Below, in pieces: positions 13,388-25,996 of a stretch of DNA of 64,000 nt. The stretch covers positions 496,001 through 560,000 of the forward strand of contig JASANG010001881.1 of the NCBI GenBank assembly GCA_030248215.1, written 5' to 3'. The notes under the pieces are model-generated. The model saw only the letters and a program-made list of their open reading frames with translations, searched no databases and was not told the DNA's origin. Numbering within the stretch: position 1 is the first letter of the stretch; every line of letters starts with the position of its first letter. This DNA is from Enoplolaimus lenunculus. Its lineage: Eukaryota. A program made the position numbers and the translations under genes.

Positions 13388-13641
13388 CCCAGGACCAACC
13401 TTCTACATGTCAGTTCTGGATACGACCCTGTAAAATAGACATACTTACAGTACAGAGTCAAGAAACTAATTGAATTTATAGCCTCTCGAAATGAAACCTT
13501 GGCTACGATTTTAGCATGCAGAATTTCGTTTCGATAGGGTATATTCTCGTAGAAACTAAAATTTTTCGGTTGGAATCACAGGGCAGAAGTTTTGTAATTA
13601 TTTTCCTCCTGATCCTTCTCAACATTCCTTCATAGTTTTTG

Positions 13642-13831
13642 GGCCCATGTTACTTTTAGGGTCGTCGCGGTTTGTGGTGGGTCTGTAAAAGAGTAGGCTT
13701 ACATTCTAGACTACGTTTTTTGCTTAGGCTTAGGCTTACGCTTAGGCTTAGGAATCCGCTTTTGCAACGCTTAGGCTTAGGCATAGGATTACGCTTAATC
13801 TACTGTTACGGCCCTAAAAGTAACATTGGCC
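13642..13831. mobile_element. Telomere-repeat MITE (subfamily B)
   Basis: GGCCCATGTTACTTTTAGGG ... CCCTAAAAGTAACATTGGCC with internal (TTAGGC)n. gtttttg on both flanks. Confidence 0.8.
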
Positions 13832-14131
13832 GTTTTTGTATCTCTTCGTACTGGCGGATCAAAAACAAAATATAGCTGAGTAAAAAATTGCGTTTGGCTT
13901 CTCGTTCGCTTGCTTAATTGCTATTATATATTAAGTGGTCTGCAGTCAACAATTTCTGTGTCTGCCACTGTTCTCCCTTGAGCTTATCCCATGAGACAAG
14001 ACACAGAACCAGATGGCGATGGGAGAACCTGTAATTCTAAACCAGTAACAAAAAGAGTCGTTGGGCCAGCTAAAGGAAGCCATTCCTTATAACGAGTGGC
14101 ACCACCAGAATATCGTTTCGAAAGGGTAAAT

Positions 14132-14280
14132 GGTCCATGTATAGAATGGGGCCGGATCGTTTTTCGAAGGGACTACAATAGAGTCAGTTTAAGCTTTAGA
14201 CTAATTTTTTGGCTTAGGCTTAGGCTTAGGCTTAGGAATATGCTTATACTACTGTTCCGGCCCTGTTCTATACATGGGCC
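14132..14280. mobile_element. Telomere-repeat MITE (family A)
   Basis: GGTCCATGTATAGAATGGGGCCGGA ... TCCGGCCCTGTTCTATACATGGGCC with about 4 TTAGGC units. Flanks gggtaaat/gggtataat. Confidence 0.8.
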
Positions 14281-17200
14281 GGGTATAATCCTCATGTAAA
14301 AACATTATTAAGCGAACGTGAAATACTTCCTGGTACACTAAAATGTTATTCTAAATCTTGTAAAAGTGTCTACTTATCGTCATTTCAAAAATTTCAGCGT
14401 GAGATTATCTCCTTATTTGTTTCGTTGTATACTTCCATGCTTATAAGATCCTAATGGGTGTTCAATAGGCAGGTGGTCTAAACACAACTGCTATTAGCGA
14501 ACTCTTTAGGCAATAGGAAGGATACGTATACGCGTATGCAAGCCTCTGCGTCAAGGGACGTATACCGAGGGTCGGATCGAAATCCTTATGCTGGGGGAGC
14601 GAAAATTTCTGGGGAGAAACATACGACGATTTCACAGACTATTCAAGACAAGCAAAATTTTTCTAAAAGCGAACATCAAAACTTTGCTGGTAGTGGGGGT
14701 AGGGTGAACCCCGTTGGTTACTGACCGGCGTATACCAGAGCGGAAAAAGTATGCCGGATGCAATTCGAATAAACCAGATTTTGTACCGTAACCGGATAGC
14801 GAAAATAGGTTTTTTAATTTTTAGCATAACAACTAAGATGCTAAACTGTTGCTATAACGGATTTCTATGAAATTTCAATAGTCAAACATTAATGATAAAA
14901 GTATCAACTGTAATAGAGTACGCTTAAGCTTTAGACTAAGTTTTTGCTTATGCTTAGGGTTAGGCTTAGGTTTAGGTATAAACTCATTCTTGCGCTTAGG
15001 CTAAGGCTTAAGCTTTGAAATATGTTTATACTGCTGTTCCGGCCCTGTTCTATACATTGGCCCGAACTTTATCCATATTTTGAACAAAGGAAAAAATAAA
15101 CCAAACGCACCGTCCAAACGGGTGCCGACCCTCGTTAATTTCTCAATTTTAACTACTCGTCATCCTTTCAACCTCACAAACAGTGGCGGATCCAAAAATT
15201 TCTGACCGAAGACAACTGAGCGATAATATGAATCAAAGCTCACGAATGAGAAATAAAACATAATTTTAGTGCTAAATCATAAAAATTGATTTTAATTTCT
15301 GTTGGGGGTGTGGGACTCATTGCCCCCATTTGGCTCCGTCAATGCTCAAAACGATACACCTCAACCAATGACGGAATAATACATGACGTACACAATGCTT
15401 ACTGGCCCGTAGCCAGCGCACCTTACTAGGAAGGAGCCAAAAAATTTCAGGTGGGGCATTCAAGGGTTTTCAACGACTTACAAGCAAGATTGAAAATTTT
15501 CTAAGGGGTCAACAATTTTCCAGGGGGGGCTGAGCCCTCCCCCCTTGGCTTCGGGCCAACAATAGAAATACGTTCATACGTAGCACCATTCCGCATAAGT
15601 CAGATGTGTATATGCCTTAAGGTATCCAGTGCCTTCAGAGAGGCTCAGCCCATCCCTTTAAAAGTATTCGTCCCTGGAAACGTTTTAGCATCGCTTCGAA
15701 GTCTTCGGAAATCAACCGAACGCCCATTCCAAAATTGTTTTCACCTGGGAAGGTGGGACGGACGGGCAAAGTGATATATTTGCCCCCCTATGTTAAAAAA
15801 CCTTATTTGAGGTAATTAGAAACAAGCGACTGCTACAACATAAAATAAGTAAAATTCACGAGAAAATAAACTAATTAATTTATGTTTTACAACGGAAAAA
15901 TATAAAAATCAACATAAAATCACTCAAAATCTGTTAACTTTTCGTTATAATTGAATTACTGATATTGTAGTGGCGTTAAAATGAGGCAAATTTTTTTTAC
16001 GTTAAAAATATTATTTCAAATTTAAATTTTGATACAAATAAATTAATTTCGTCCAAAATTTAAAAAAATATCTCAAAAACTACACGACGTTCAAATAACG
16101 AAATGATATCATCGAATTGTAATAGAACGTCAAACTATAATACCAGCATCGCAACTGCATATGATGACTTGTAACCAAATTCTTGGCAAGAAACATCTAC
16201 GTGATTATACCCTAATTATTCAATCCGACCGCCCCCCCCCCAATTATACCACACATCGCCCGTCCGAATTGTGGTCGAAAAGCCTAAAGCCATCTGTGAC
16301 TGGAATTTATTATAAAAATACTAAAAATTACATAGCTAATATTTACACAAAAATACTCATTTGTTAAGCATCTCTTAGACACACAAAAATGAAGCCTAAA
16401 AATGTAAACTCGTCCTCGTTGAAATGCTGGTTAAGCAGACGCAACCAAGCCACTTGGCCAGTCTCTGAGAAAAAACGAACCAATTTCCCCGACTGTGTAG
16501 ATTTTTCAAGTCTAAAGTTCACACATCAGCCTTTGTCTGTGTTGCGTTTTTAAACTTGACAATTTAGCTGAGTTGGCTGGTACCCGGCGCATCTGGTTAC
16601 CGGGACGCTAATACCAATTACTTAAATATATTATATGGTTTTGGTTATTTGTCTCAGTAAGCGTTTAATTATTTATGGACAAAAATAAAATCGTAGGACG
16701 GGAATATGCCCTCGTCGGACTGGCGGATCAAACGAGAGGGTCATCCCGGCCATGGCTCCAACAGATTAGCACAAAAATGACGTTTGGCTTTTGCACGCTT
16801 TGCTTGGGAGATTTGTTCCACAATGTCTTGTGGGGTGCCCCGTTTTAGAAATTTTTCGATTCGCCACTGTCGCATCTGGATAAGCTCATGACTTGATTGG
16901 TCGAAGGCCTAGGTTGGTACCGAAAAGAGGTAACAGTGGAGCTAAACGCCCAATCCCCTAGCCAGCCAGCTCAATATGATAGACGCAATTACAAACCCGT
17001 AGCCAGAGGAGATTCAAAGGCTCATCTCATCTTGGAAAAATTTTGCTCTCCTAGAAGTTTCAAACTTGCTTGTCTATCTTCGTAAACACTTGTATGCCCA
17101 TCCTAAAAATTTTCCAACCCCACTAGCAAGGTGGTGACCTGACTACGGGCTCCAAAAATTATTGGAGGGTCGCATGGTAAATGTACCAAATCTTTACAAA

Positions 17201-18953
17201 CAGGACAGATAAAAGTTATTCAGGATAGGCTTAAGGAGTATGGCTTCTTAGACTGTTTTGGACCTCAGCTAAACATGGGCCACTTGTAAGCGAAGCTCTT
17301 TTCCACTGTGGGGATTTCAAAAGCACCGCAAAACTTTGGCTTTGATCCCTATTGGGGATCATGAACCCAGTGCGATTATCTGTCAGAAAGTATTGCATCC
17401 GCCAATGGTACTGTCGCTACCCTACGCCGAAATCCGCAACCAACACCAGGGCTGCGGCTAGAATATCCAAGACCATCCCGCATACAATATTTCGACCCCT
17501 TTGTAACATAACACTCAGAAACGGAGCAGCTTATCTAAAAACAGGGGGCACCAGGACCTTAGCCAGCTCGCCATTCTAGGGAAGCTAAAATTTTTTAAGA
17601 AGAGCATACAAGGGTTTTCAATGACTTACAAGGAAGGTTGAAACTTTTCTACGGGGGCCAAAATTTTTCCAGGAGAGGGGCTGAGCCCCTCCATTGGCCC
17701 CGGGGACGGGGGGCACATACGCAGGGCGCAATATATAAATTGCACAATACTCGCCGAGCGAAGCCAGGTAAAACCGAGCTAAGACACTGATCATAAGGCG
17801 TTAAATTTATTGAAATCGCATGAAAGAACGTTTTGGCCGGACCCTCCATTCATGGTCGGCGTTGGCATAGTCGCCCCCCCCAAACAGGTTCCAACGGAGG
17901 CCCCACTAAAATGTTTCACAGCTCCATAACTTCGTGGTCCACGTAAAAATTGTTGCTTTGCCAACAAGGGGGCCCCGCAAGGGTCGGTGCCACCCATTGG
18001 AAAAATTGGGGGGGAGGCGCTATCGCGAGCACTGCCCTCATTGGTGGAGCGGGGTGGTTACCATGGTATTGAGTATGACTTGCACTTAAAACAAAAAATA
18101 TGTTACAAAATTCACAAATGCAACTTACTTATTATTCCTTATTGCATTTTAAAAAAATAGCAACTGCAAACAACAAAAGAAAATAAAATACAAACCACTG
18201 CACTACAGAGTCACACGTCGTAACAGCAGTTTAAATTGCAGTCCTTGTATATGTGTAAGACATATTAACATAACTGTGCATAATAAAGACGTACACATAT
18301 ATTGGAATATGTATTGTGTGCATTAAGATGACGCCAGCGCTGAATATAAGGTAAGGATTCCCCATGGCAAATTTGCGTTGGTCAAAATTCACTTTTTGAT
18401 TTCCTAATAATCTCTTAAATGAGATTATCACCGATACTGTAGCGGATCGAATAAGAGGGGGCACTGATATTTATCTGGCCTCTCCAGAGGGTGCCCCCCT
18501 GTTATTTGGTTACGGACAGTTATTTATTTTTAACCCACAATCGCAATTATCCGTTGAATTAAACGTTTGTTTGTCTTGTGTCAGGACTCAAAATGGGGAA
18601 CACTCTTTTATTCTTCTGGCATCTGGGGGTTAATCGATTTAATAGAGTTCGTGAAAACTCAGACAGGGGTCAGACAGGTACGGCCGCAGCCTGAAATGAT
18701 TGACGAATGTTAAAATGTAGATTAGCATATTCCTAAGCCTAAGGTTGAAAAAAGTGTAAGCCTGAGCAAAAAATATCCCAAAACTAAGTGTACTCTTCCA
18801 CTGCCATTAAACATTGGATAGTCGTAAAAGTAACATGGGCGACAAGATTAATGGAATTGTCTGGATTAGGTTTAGGCTCAGGTTTAGCTTAAGACTAATG
18901 AATAAGCCTAAAGCTTAAAGGTAGGAAAAATGAAATAGTCCAAAAGGCATCTT

Positions 18954-19107
18954 GGCCCATGTAAAGATGAGGGGTGGTACATTTTTCTGTGGGTCTGCAT
19001 TAGAGTAAGCTAAAGCTTTAGACTAATTGTTTTGCTTGGTTTACGCTTAGGCTTAGGCTTAGGAATATGTTTATAAAGCTGTTCTGACCCTGTTCTTTAC
19101 ATTGGCC
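18954..19107. mobile_element. Telomere-repeat MITE (family A)
   Basis: GGCCCATGTAAAGA ... TCTTTACATTGGCC. TSD ggcatctt/ggcatatt (7/8). Confidence 0.8.
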
Positions 19108-19304
19108 GGCATATTTTGCCTTCTATCAAATTAGCATTAGTGGAGAAGAACTGAATAAGTCCCATTCAACTGAAAGCAATTTTGCTAAAATGAACATATG
19201 TATTAAGGCATTCGCGAAATTCCGATTGGTATTGTGCATTTATTCAGGGCCGAAACTTTGCCTAAGGTCCTCACAAAGCGAACCACCGGGGTGCCTATAC
19301 TTAA

Positions 19305-19510
19305 CCCTTTCTCACATAAATATTTTCTATTTCTCCTGAGACCTACTTTTATGGTAGGATTCGAACTCCAGTGACTGGAGTGAGAGGCGTATACCATCAC
19401 CACTGAGCTATAGGAGCTTGACGCTCGAGCCCGAGGGGGCTCTCACGTCTTGTGGTGATTAGTAGTATGCATACGTGTTGCAATTACATGCAACTCAATG
19501 TGAGAAGGGG
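19305..19510. mobile_element. piggyBac-type MITE with internal tRNA-like cassette (internally deleted copy)
   Basis: TTAA|CCCTTTCTCACAT ... ATGTGAGAAGGGG|TTAA. Confidence 0.85.
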
Positions 19511-20714
19511 TTAAGATATAATGAATTCTCAAAGTGATTCTCGGGCAACGCGGTTTTAGGAGAGGTATGCTTTTGATATCAGCGGCGCCGGAAGCAAATT
19601 AATATTGGGCGGCTCAATGGTAGTAAAATGGTCGAATGCTGAAGAGTGTTATTTTGCAAGCATTTTCGTGAAAGAATGTGACAAACACGATGCTTCAACA
19701 AAACGAAACATTTATTTCTGAAGGCTTTTTCGGGTTGGTTTGTGTCGGTTGAGCAGGTATTCAACTGTTTAATAATGTGAGCCCTGAGCGGTATTGGGTG
19801 GCTGAGCCACTAATCTAAACATCGGTAGGCAAGTGTCCGACGTGTACCTCGATTCCCGGCACATCCTATTTTAGCAAACAAGCTTAGAAGGGCGAAACCT
19901 TTTTAGGGAGAGCCAAAATTTGTTTCACGCAGCTGAACCCCATACCTTTGGCTCTCCGTTGGCTACGAACCTGTGTTTCGACCTCGACCATAAACAAATA
20001 GCAAACGCGGATGAAAGATTAGCTTTGGGGGTGCTCGATAGCCAGCAGCGAAATTAAATGCAGTATTTGAATTAGTATACGGTATTGGCCCATGTTGACG
20101 GGGGCATCGTTTTCAGATAAGACTTCAATGGAGTATTAAAGCTTCAACTTTAGACCAGTTTTTGGTTAAGTTCAAGCCTAACTTTATGCTTATAGGCCTT
20201 AGGGTTCTTAGAAATATACTTATATTACTGTTTACACCACTCAAAGTAACACTGGCCAGAATTTCAGTCTATGTTTACTTTTAACCTAAACGGATCGTAA
20301 AAAATAGCGTAATCTTACACGGAAAACGGAAATTGAAGTATAAATAGTTTTAAAGATTTTTTATTTTTCTGCCAACACCATTGAAGCATAAAATGTTCAC
20401 CGGCAATGCAAAAAAATTGCGGATGCACTGAAATTTTAAAGATTTTGGAAGGATTTTGTATAAAATATATTTTATACCGTATAATTGTAGCACATCTGTA
20501 AATAAAAACTACGAGATATACACATGATTTCTTACTAATTTTGAGTATAACAACCGAATTTCTAGTGTTTCTGTAACGGAAATGAACGCCAATTTTTACC
20601 GGAAACGAAAACAGATATCCGATTACACACGGATTTTAGCGGCCTAAGAAGTTTACTAAAATCTAAGAAATATACTTTTGATTTTAATACCTAGTACGTT
20701 GCTATGAATAAAAG

Positions 20715-20859
20715 GGTCAATGTATTGAACAAAGCAGTAACAGTAGTATAAGCATATTCTAAATCGTACGCCTGCGCAGAAATTCGTCTAAACCTTTAAG
20801 CTTACTACTCTATTGCAGTCCCGTAGAAAAACGTTCCGCCCCTGTACTGTACATGGGCC
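20715..20859. mobile_element. Telomere-repeat MITE (family A, degenerate). A related degenerate copy lies at 20087-20257.
   Basis: GGTCAATGTA ... GAAAAACGTTCCGCCCCTGTACTGTACATGGGCC. Confidence 0.6.
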
Positions 20860-21378
20860 ACACCCTGAACATTTAATTCTCACAAACATTTTAATTACGT
20901 TTGGTACTTCACTCGTTGAACTCACTGGGATATTTTGACAATATTTTCTCCCTGTAAAAACGTTTTGATGTAATTTGTGATAATTTTTGTATTTAAATTG
21001 AGTTAATTTGCCTCAAAGCATAAAATTCATTAATTGAGAATGGGTATGGGAATTCAATGCGGTATTCACTTTTTCAACGAAACTTTTAATATTTCACACG
21101 CCTTGCGTGGTACATTTAGTGTCGCCTTTCCACAATTTTCTCTGATTCTACAACTGAAGAATGCTTTCGGTGCCGTATTTCTCTGAGTTATATCCCATGC
21201 CCCCCCCCCCGCATGGGACACTAAAATCGTCGATCTGACAAAATGTTTGCGCTAAAGCATAAAGCCTAAACCTAAGCCTAAAAGCAAACCCAGCAATATT
21301 GTTCAGTATCTGTTCATGCGCATTCACTCGCAGTAGTTCAGTTGGGCAGAGCTGACAACTATGACGGACGTGTCTTAA

Positions 21379-21642
21379 CCCTTTCTCACATGAATATTTT
21401 CTATTTTCCCTGAGACCTACTTTTATGCTAGGATTCGAACTCCGGTGACTGGAGTGGGAGGCGTATACCATCACCACTCCGCTATAGGAGCTTGACGCTC
21501 GAGCCCGAGGGGGCTCTCACGTCTTGTGGTGATTTAGTACTATGTATACGTGTTGCAATTGTTAAACACGGTGCGATATTATATTATTTAACGTATATAC
21601 ACTGCGCTCAGTTGCCTATAGGCAACTCAATGTGAGAAGGGG
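21379..21642. mobile_element. piggyBac-type MITE with internal tRNA-like cassette (full-length, 264 bp)
   Basis: TTAA TSD at 21375-21378 and 21643-21646. TIR CCCTTTCTCACAT / ATGTGAGAAGGGG. Near-identical to 25734-25996. Confidence 0.9.
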
Positions 21643-22072
21643 TTAATTACTGTGTCATGAGCCTTGTCTCAAAATTTGGATTTATTTCTAAGCAATTAAA
21701 TACTGAGTTTATAGAATAAATATAACATGGCTAAGATGTCTATTTACATCTAAAAATATACATCAACTGAAACTTTCTTCTGGAGTTAAACATTGCAACC
21801 AGCGAAAGTACACCAATTTCTGACGGGGCGAGCAGTATTTATTTTGAAACAACTACGAGAGCTGAGTAAGCGATAAGCTAAACGAAATTTTCGTGGTACA
21901 AAAGTAAAAATTTGTAAAGTAGGAACCTTACCACGTTAACACAGTTTCTGATGGTGGGGGGCGCCCGGCCCCACATTTCTCGATTCCCCCTGATTGCAAT
22001 AATTTGCACATTTATAACAACCTTATTGATTTATATAATGAAAATTACTAAATTTAAGCTGAATCTAAGACA

Positions 22073-22365
22073 CTCCTGTAGATCAGTTGATGCAACTTCT
22101 GAAGATCAGTTGGTGCAACTCCTGAAGATCAGTTGGTGCAACTCCTGAAGATCAGTTGGTGCAACTCCTGAAGATCAGTTTGTGCAACTCCTGAAGATCA
22201 GTTGGTGCAACTCCTGAAGATCAGTTGGTGCAACACCAGAACATCAGTTGGTGCAACTCCTGAAGATCAGTTGGTGCAACTCCTGAAGATCAGTTGGAGC
22301 AACTCCTGAAGATCAGTCGGTGCAACTCCTGAAGATCAGTTGGAGCAACTCCTGAAAATCAGCTG
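22073..22365. repeat. 23-bp minisatellite, about 12.7 copies, ~215 nt downstream of the innexin stop codon
   Basis: Unit CTCCTGAAGATCAGTTGGTGCAA, head-to-tail, no spacers. Confidence 0.95.
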
Positions 22366-22578
22366 TTTCATATGATACATAGTTTCATGTTCATTCAGGG
22401 TAATACACAAAGGCCACAGGAGATATAAAAGGTAAATACCACCGAATGACTTAAAGACAAAGTTTGTTAAATCTCGTAGGCTGATAGGCTCGTTTACAGC
22501 AGCCTTTGCAGTTACAATTGAACTTATAACCTCCCGAAATAGAAATCCTGCCTACGTTCCTGTATATGCTCACAATTG

Positions 22579-25037
22579 TCAGTTCAATTCAACATCGCTA
22601 TTCCTGGTAATGCTTAGACGAAGCTCAGGCGAGGCCAACCCGGTTGAATTTGTCGCTGATCCACTGTTTGAGGTCGGAACTGCAGCGGCCGCCGATGAAC
22701 CCCCAAAGTCAGCGGCATCACCGGTACCGGACTTACGTGTCGGCTCAGATTTAGCGCTCGAGAGTGGTGATTGAGGGATCAGCGCGGACGAAAGACTTCC
22801 AGGCTGGACGTGGCCAAATTTGTCAGCTTGTCCAGTTTCATCAGATTGCGAAGTGGCAGTGTTTTTGTTATTGATTCCAAACATAGTAAACGTCGTTAGC
22901 CGCGCTGGTTTTGCAGTTGTGCCGACAGTCGCTGGCAACTGTTGTGGTGATCGTGGAGCGGCACAAATTTGTGGAGATGGTGATAATTGAATTTCTGGAC
23001 GCTGGCTGATTGCCGATGATGCGGCCACTGATGGTTTCACTGCTGACGTCATTCCCGGCGTCGCTAATGACGTCATTGGTGGTGCCTCTAATGATGTCAT
23101 TGGTTGTTCCGCCAATGACGTCAATTTGGCCGGTTTATTAGCCGATTGGTTGTTGTCGTATCGATCGTTTAAATTCTTTGCTGCTTTTGCCGTTGATCTC
23201 ACAGCGCTCTCAACTGGCAATTGTGAATCTGCGGCTAATCCAGCACTGATGGGTTTATCATGCGTTTCTGAGTGTATTTCTGGCGCTATCCCACCGGACC
23301 CGGAAGTACTTTGATGTTGCCGACTGGATGCTGGTTTCAAAAACCGGAAACCTTCAGAAAAGCGTCGCAATTTTAGCGGCGGGTGTGGTCGTTTTGAGCC
23401 ACTTTCAGCGCGGCTGACGGGAATCGTTTGCGATCCGTTATTGATTGATTTCGACAATGGCTGCTCGTTGGCTAGTTTTGGCGAACACTCATTCGCAGAT
23501 TTCAGCAAACTCTGTTTATTGGCTGATTTTGGCGAGCGTTCATCGGTTAATTTCAAACGCTTCTGATTGGTTGTCTTCAAAAGCTTTCCACAATCTTCAA
23601 CTGGAACGGTACTGTCATGAATTTGCATATCTTTTCGGCTTGAAAATGACAAAGATCGCTGTGGCACAGTTGAAGGCTGACCAGGGCTGGATTGTTGCGA
23701 CACTTGGATACCTGAAGGGTGCGGCTTGGTAGCTTTTGGATGCATTTTCGTCGACAAATCAACTTTTGACCCTGGTGCCCTGTCTGGTGCAGATGGCAAT
23801 TGTCCAAACGACGGTAACCGGTTTGGCTTGAGAGTCATTGACGACGCTCGGGCACTTTGAGACCCCCATTCGGTTCCTGGGTGGAAGTGTCCTTGTTGTG
23901 GGTGATCAGCCGGAGTCACTGGAACCGTAGAAGCCACTGGATCTTGTAGGAGCTCGTCTAGGCGCTTAACATCATCAGCGCCTTGAGAATATTCACCCCT
24001 CTTTCCGTACAGGGGCCGGATCGATTTGTTATCACGATATTTTGACCATAACAGCGTCGAAACTTCACTGCATAATACGGTACTTGCGTGCCAGTTTAGC
24101 ATACGCAAGATAAATACACCGTCCGGCCGTAGAAAGTCGAGTACAAACGCACGAAAGCGTCGTAAATCCCCTCCCAGACGGTCACCAGGGGGTCCAGATT
24201 TTCGAGTATCCGCGTGTGACGTCGGAGGCAGCCGGTGACCAGGTTTTCCCGCGGGGCCTAAACCAGAACCACTGTCTCCGAGGTTGACGTTTGGGTGCAT
24301 TCCTGAAACTCGAGGGGTTTGAGCGCATTGCGCTGCAAGGGTCGGTTGTGATGCCATTGCAAAATGCGGTGTTGAAGGCGGCCGATAGTCTTCTGGGCTT
24401 GCAGGAGGGGCCCGTGGAGTGGAACAAGTCCCAATAGGACTGTCATCGGCATACGTCAATTCGATTTGATGTTTGAGGTAAGTAATTCGCATACTGGGCA
24501 ACGCGAGCGTCGCGATCCAGTAGCAGAAACTTGTCGCGGTTAAAAGTGACAGGACGACAAACCAAAGCCATAGAAAAACGAATATTTTCTCGGTAAACAT
24601 ATTAATGACAAGAACACACTGAACTGAATGTCGATGTATGTTACCAAGAACACGAATTTCAAAATCACACAGGGTAACGCGTGGGAATTTGCCAGAGTTA
24701 CGCCATTCGTGGCCGTGTAATAAGTCCCAGACAATGTTTGCACCAAAAAACGAATAATATGACGTTTCCAAAAATTTATTCAGTAAAATAAACTGTCCAA
24801 TTGCGTTAATGAAATATAATAATTTAATAAAACAGTAAAGGGCCGATACGTATGCACCGTAGTGTTTGCCGACTCGAATTAAGGCCCATAGGTAAAGTGG
24901 ACGATGACGTAATTCACGCTGATGACGTAATGCATCGTCAACATGACGTGATAACACGTGAACGGTTTTTAACCGGTTGTCCGGATCAAGGTTATGTTCG
25001 TCACACGCCATTTGAAGGATCGCTTGGACATTGATAC
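22579..25037 (-). CDS. inx-18: Innexin (gap junction protein, INX-18/INX-19-like), last exon: cytoplasmic loop, TM3, EL2, TM4 and a very long C-terminal tail
   Basis: Acceptor tttcag|GT ATC is phase 1. Motifs GINVQ, SRHVDDALRHQRE, YGAYVSALYCFIK, SGKFPRVTLCDFEIRVLGNIHRHSVQCVLVINMFTEKIFVFLWLW and FLRPDGVF. Stop at 22579-22581. The orthologue name comes from recalled similarity only. Confidence 0.92.
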
Positions 25038-25488
25038 CTGAAATTGATGATTGTACGTTCAGACGTAGGCTTACGTTTGGGTTTCGGAAAACGCTTTCTA
25101 AACCTGAACCGCCCGAGCCTTTGCCGTAGGCTTTACTTGAGCCTAAGCCAACGCCTAAAATTTGAACCATCATTTTAGGTTTAAGGCCAGACAACTATCG
25201 TTATAAGGGGCTCACCCAGGCGTTGTCACAACAACGAGAGTCATAACCTAAATATTGCGTTAAGATTTAGTACAAAAATTGCGTTTGACTTCTCGTTCGC
25301 TTCGCTGTTGAACTTTTCACTAACAAATCGCTGGTCCATCGCCTGATATTTGATGATCCACAACAGCCTTCACAGGCAGTAGACTACGAAATTGGCCAAA
25401 AATTTAATCGACCAGATAATCAAAAAATGATACAGATTGGAATCAGAATCATAGTAAATTTTTTTCGGTAGGGATTGTCAGCCGCATT

Positions 25489-25651
25489 CGGGCCCGTAGC
25501 CAAGGTAAGGCCAGAAGGGGGCGGAGCCCACCTGGAAAAATTTTGGCCCCCCTAGATGATTGTAAACCTTGCTTGTAAATCATGAAAACCTTTAAATGCC
25601 CCTCCTGAAATTTTTTAGATGTTCTAGCAAGGTGAACTGGCTACGGGCCGG
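25489..25651. mobile_element. hAT-like MITE (GGCCCGTAGCC family). Relatives at ~15402-15559 and 54928-55095.
   Basis: CGGGCCCGTAGCCA ... TGGCTACGGGCCGG. Flanks gccgcatt/accgaatt. Confidence 0.65.
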
Positions 25652-25733
25652 ACCGAATTTGAATGTTTCTATTGCGAGTAGGCGCAGCAACCTTCAAAAT
25701 CTATTTGGACCCTACGGTCCATCCGGTTGTTAA

Positions 25734-25996
25734 TCCTTTATCACATGAATATTTTATATTTCCCCTGAGACCTACTTTTATGCTCGGATTCGAACTCCAG
25801 TGACTGGAGTGGGAGGCGTATACCATCACCACTCAGCTATAGGAGCTTGACGCTCGAGCCCGAGGGGGCTCTCACGTCTTGTGGTGATTTAGTACAATGT
25901 ATACGTGTTGCAATTGGTAAACACGGTGCGATATATATTATTTGACGTATATACACTGCGCTGAGTTGCCTACAGGCAACTCAATGTGAGAAGGGG
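25734..25996. mobile_element. piggyBac-type MITE with internal tRNA-like cassette, in an innexin intron
   Basis: TTAA|TCCTTTATCACAT ... ATGTGAGAAGGGG|TTAA. Minus-strand A box TAGCTGAGTGG and B box GTTCGAATCC. Confidence 0.9.

Noticed and set aside
13672..14299. Short ORFs rich in LRLRL/LGLGL (also 10251, 29525, 35177, 43287, 45441, 61387)
   Set aside because: They are translations of TTAGGC-containing MITEs.
19203..21477. Repeated ORFs MVMVYASHSSH... (also 54193-54618)
   Set aside because: They are translations of the piggyBac-type MITE, with no protein features and frames that differ between copies.
22073..22365. CRISPR array
   Set aside because: The 23-bp units are contiguous with no unique spacers, no cas genes are present, and the context is eukaryotic.
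25038..25194. N-terminal 52 aa of the 871-aa ORF as real protein
   Set aside because: It lies upstream of a tttcag acceptor and consists of degenerate telomeric repeats. The true N-terminal innexin half is in upstream exons.
25775..25846. Functional tRNA-Gly gene
   Set aside because: The acceptor and anticodon stems cannot form and it is embedded in a MITE. Kept only as a tRNA-derived cassette.
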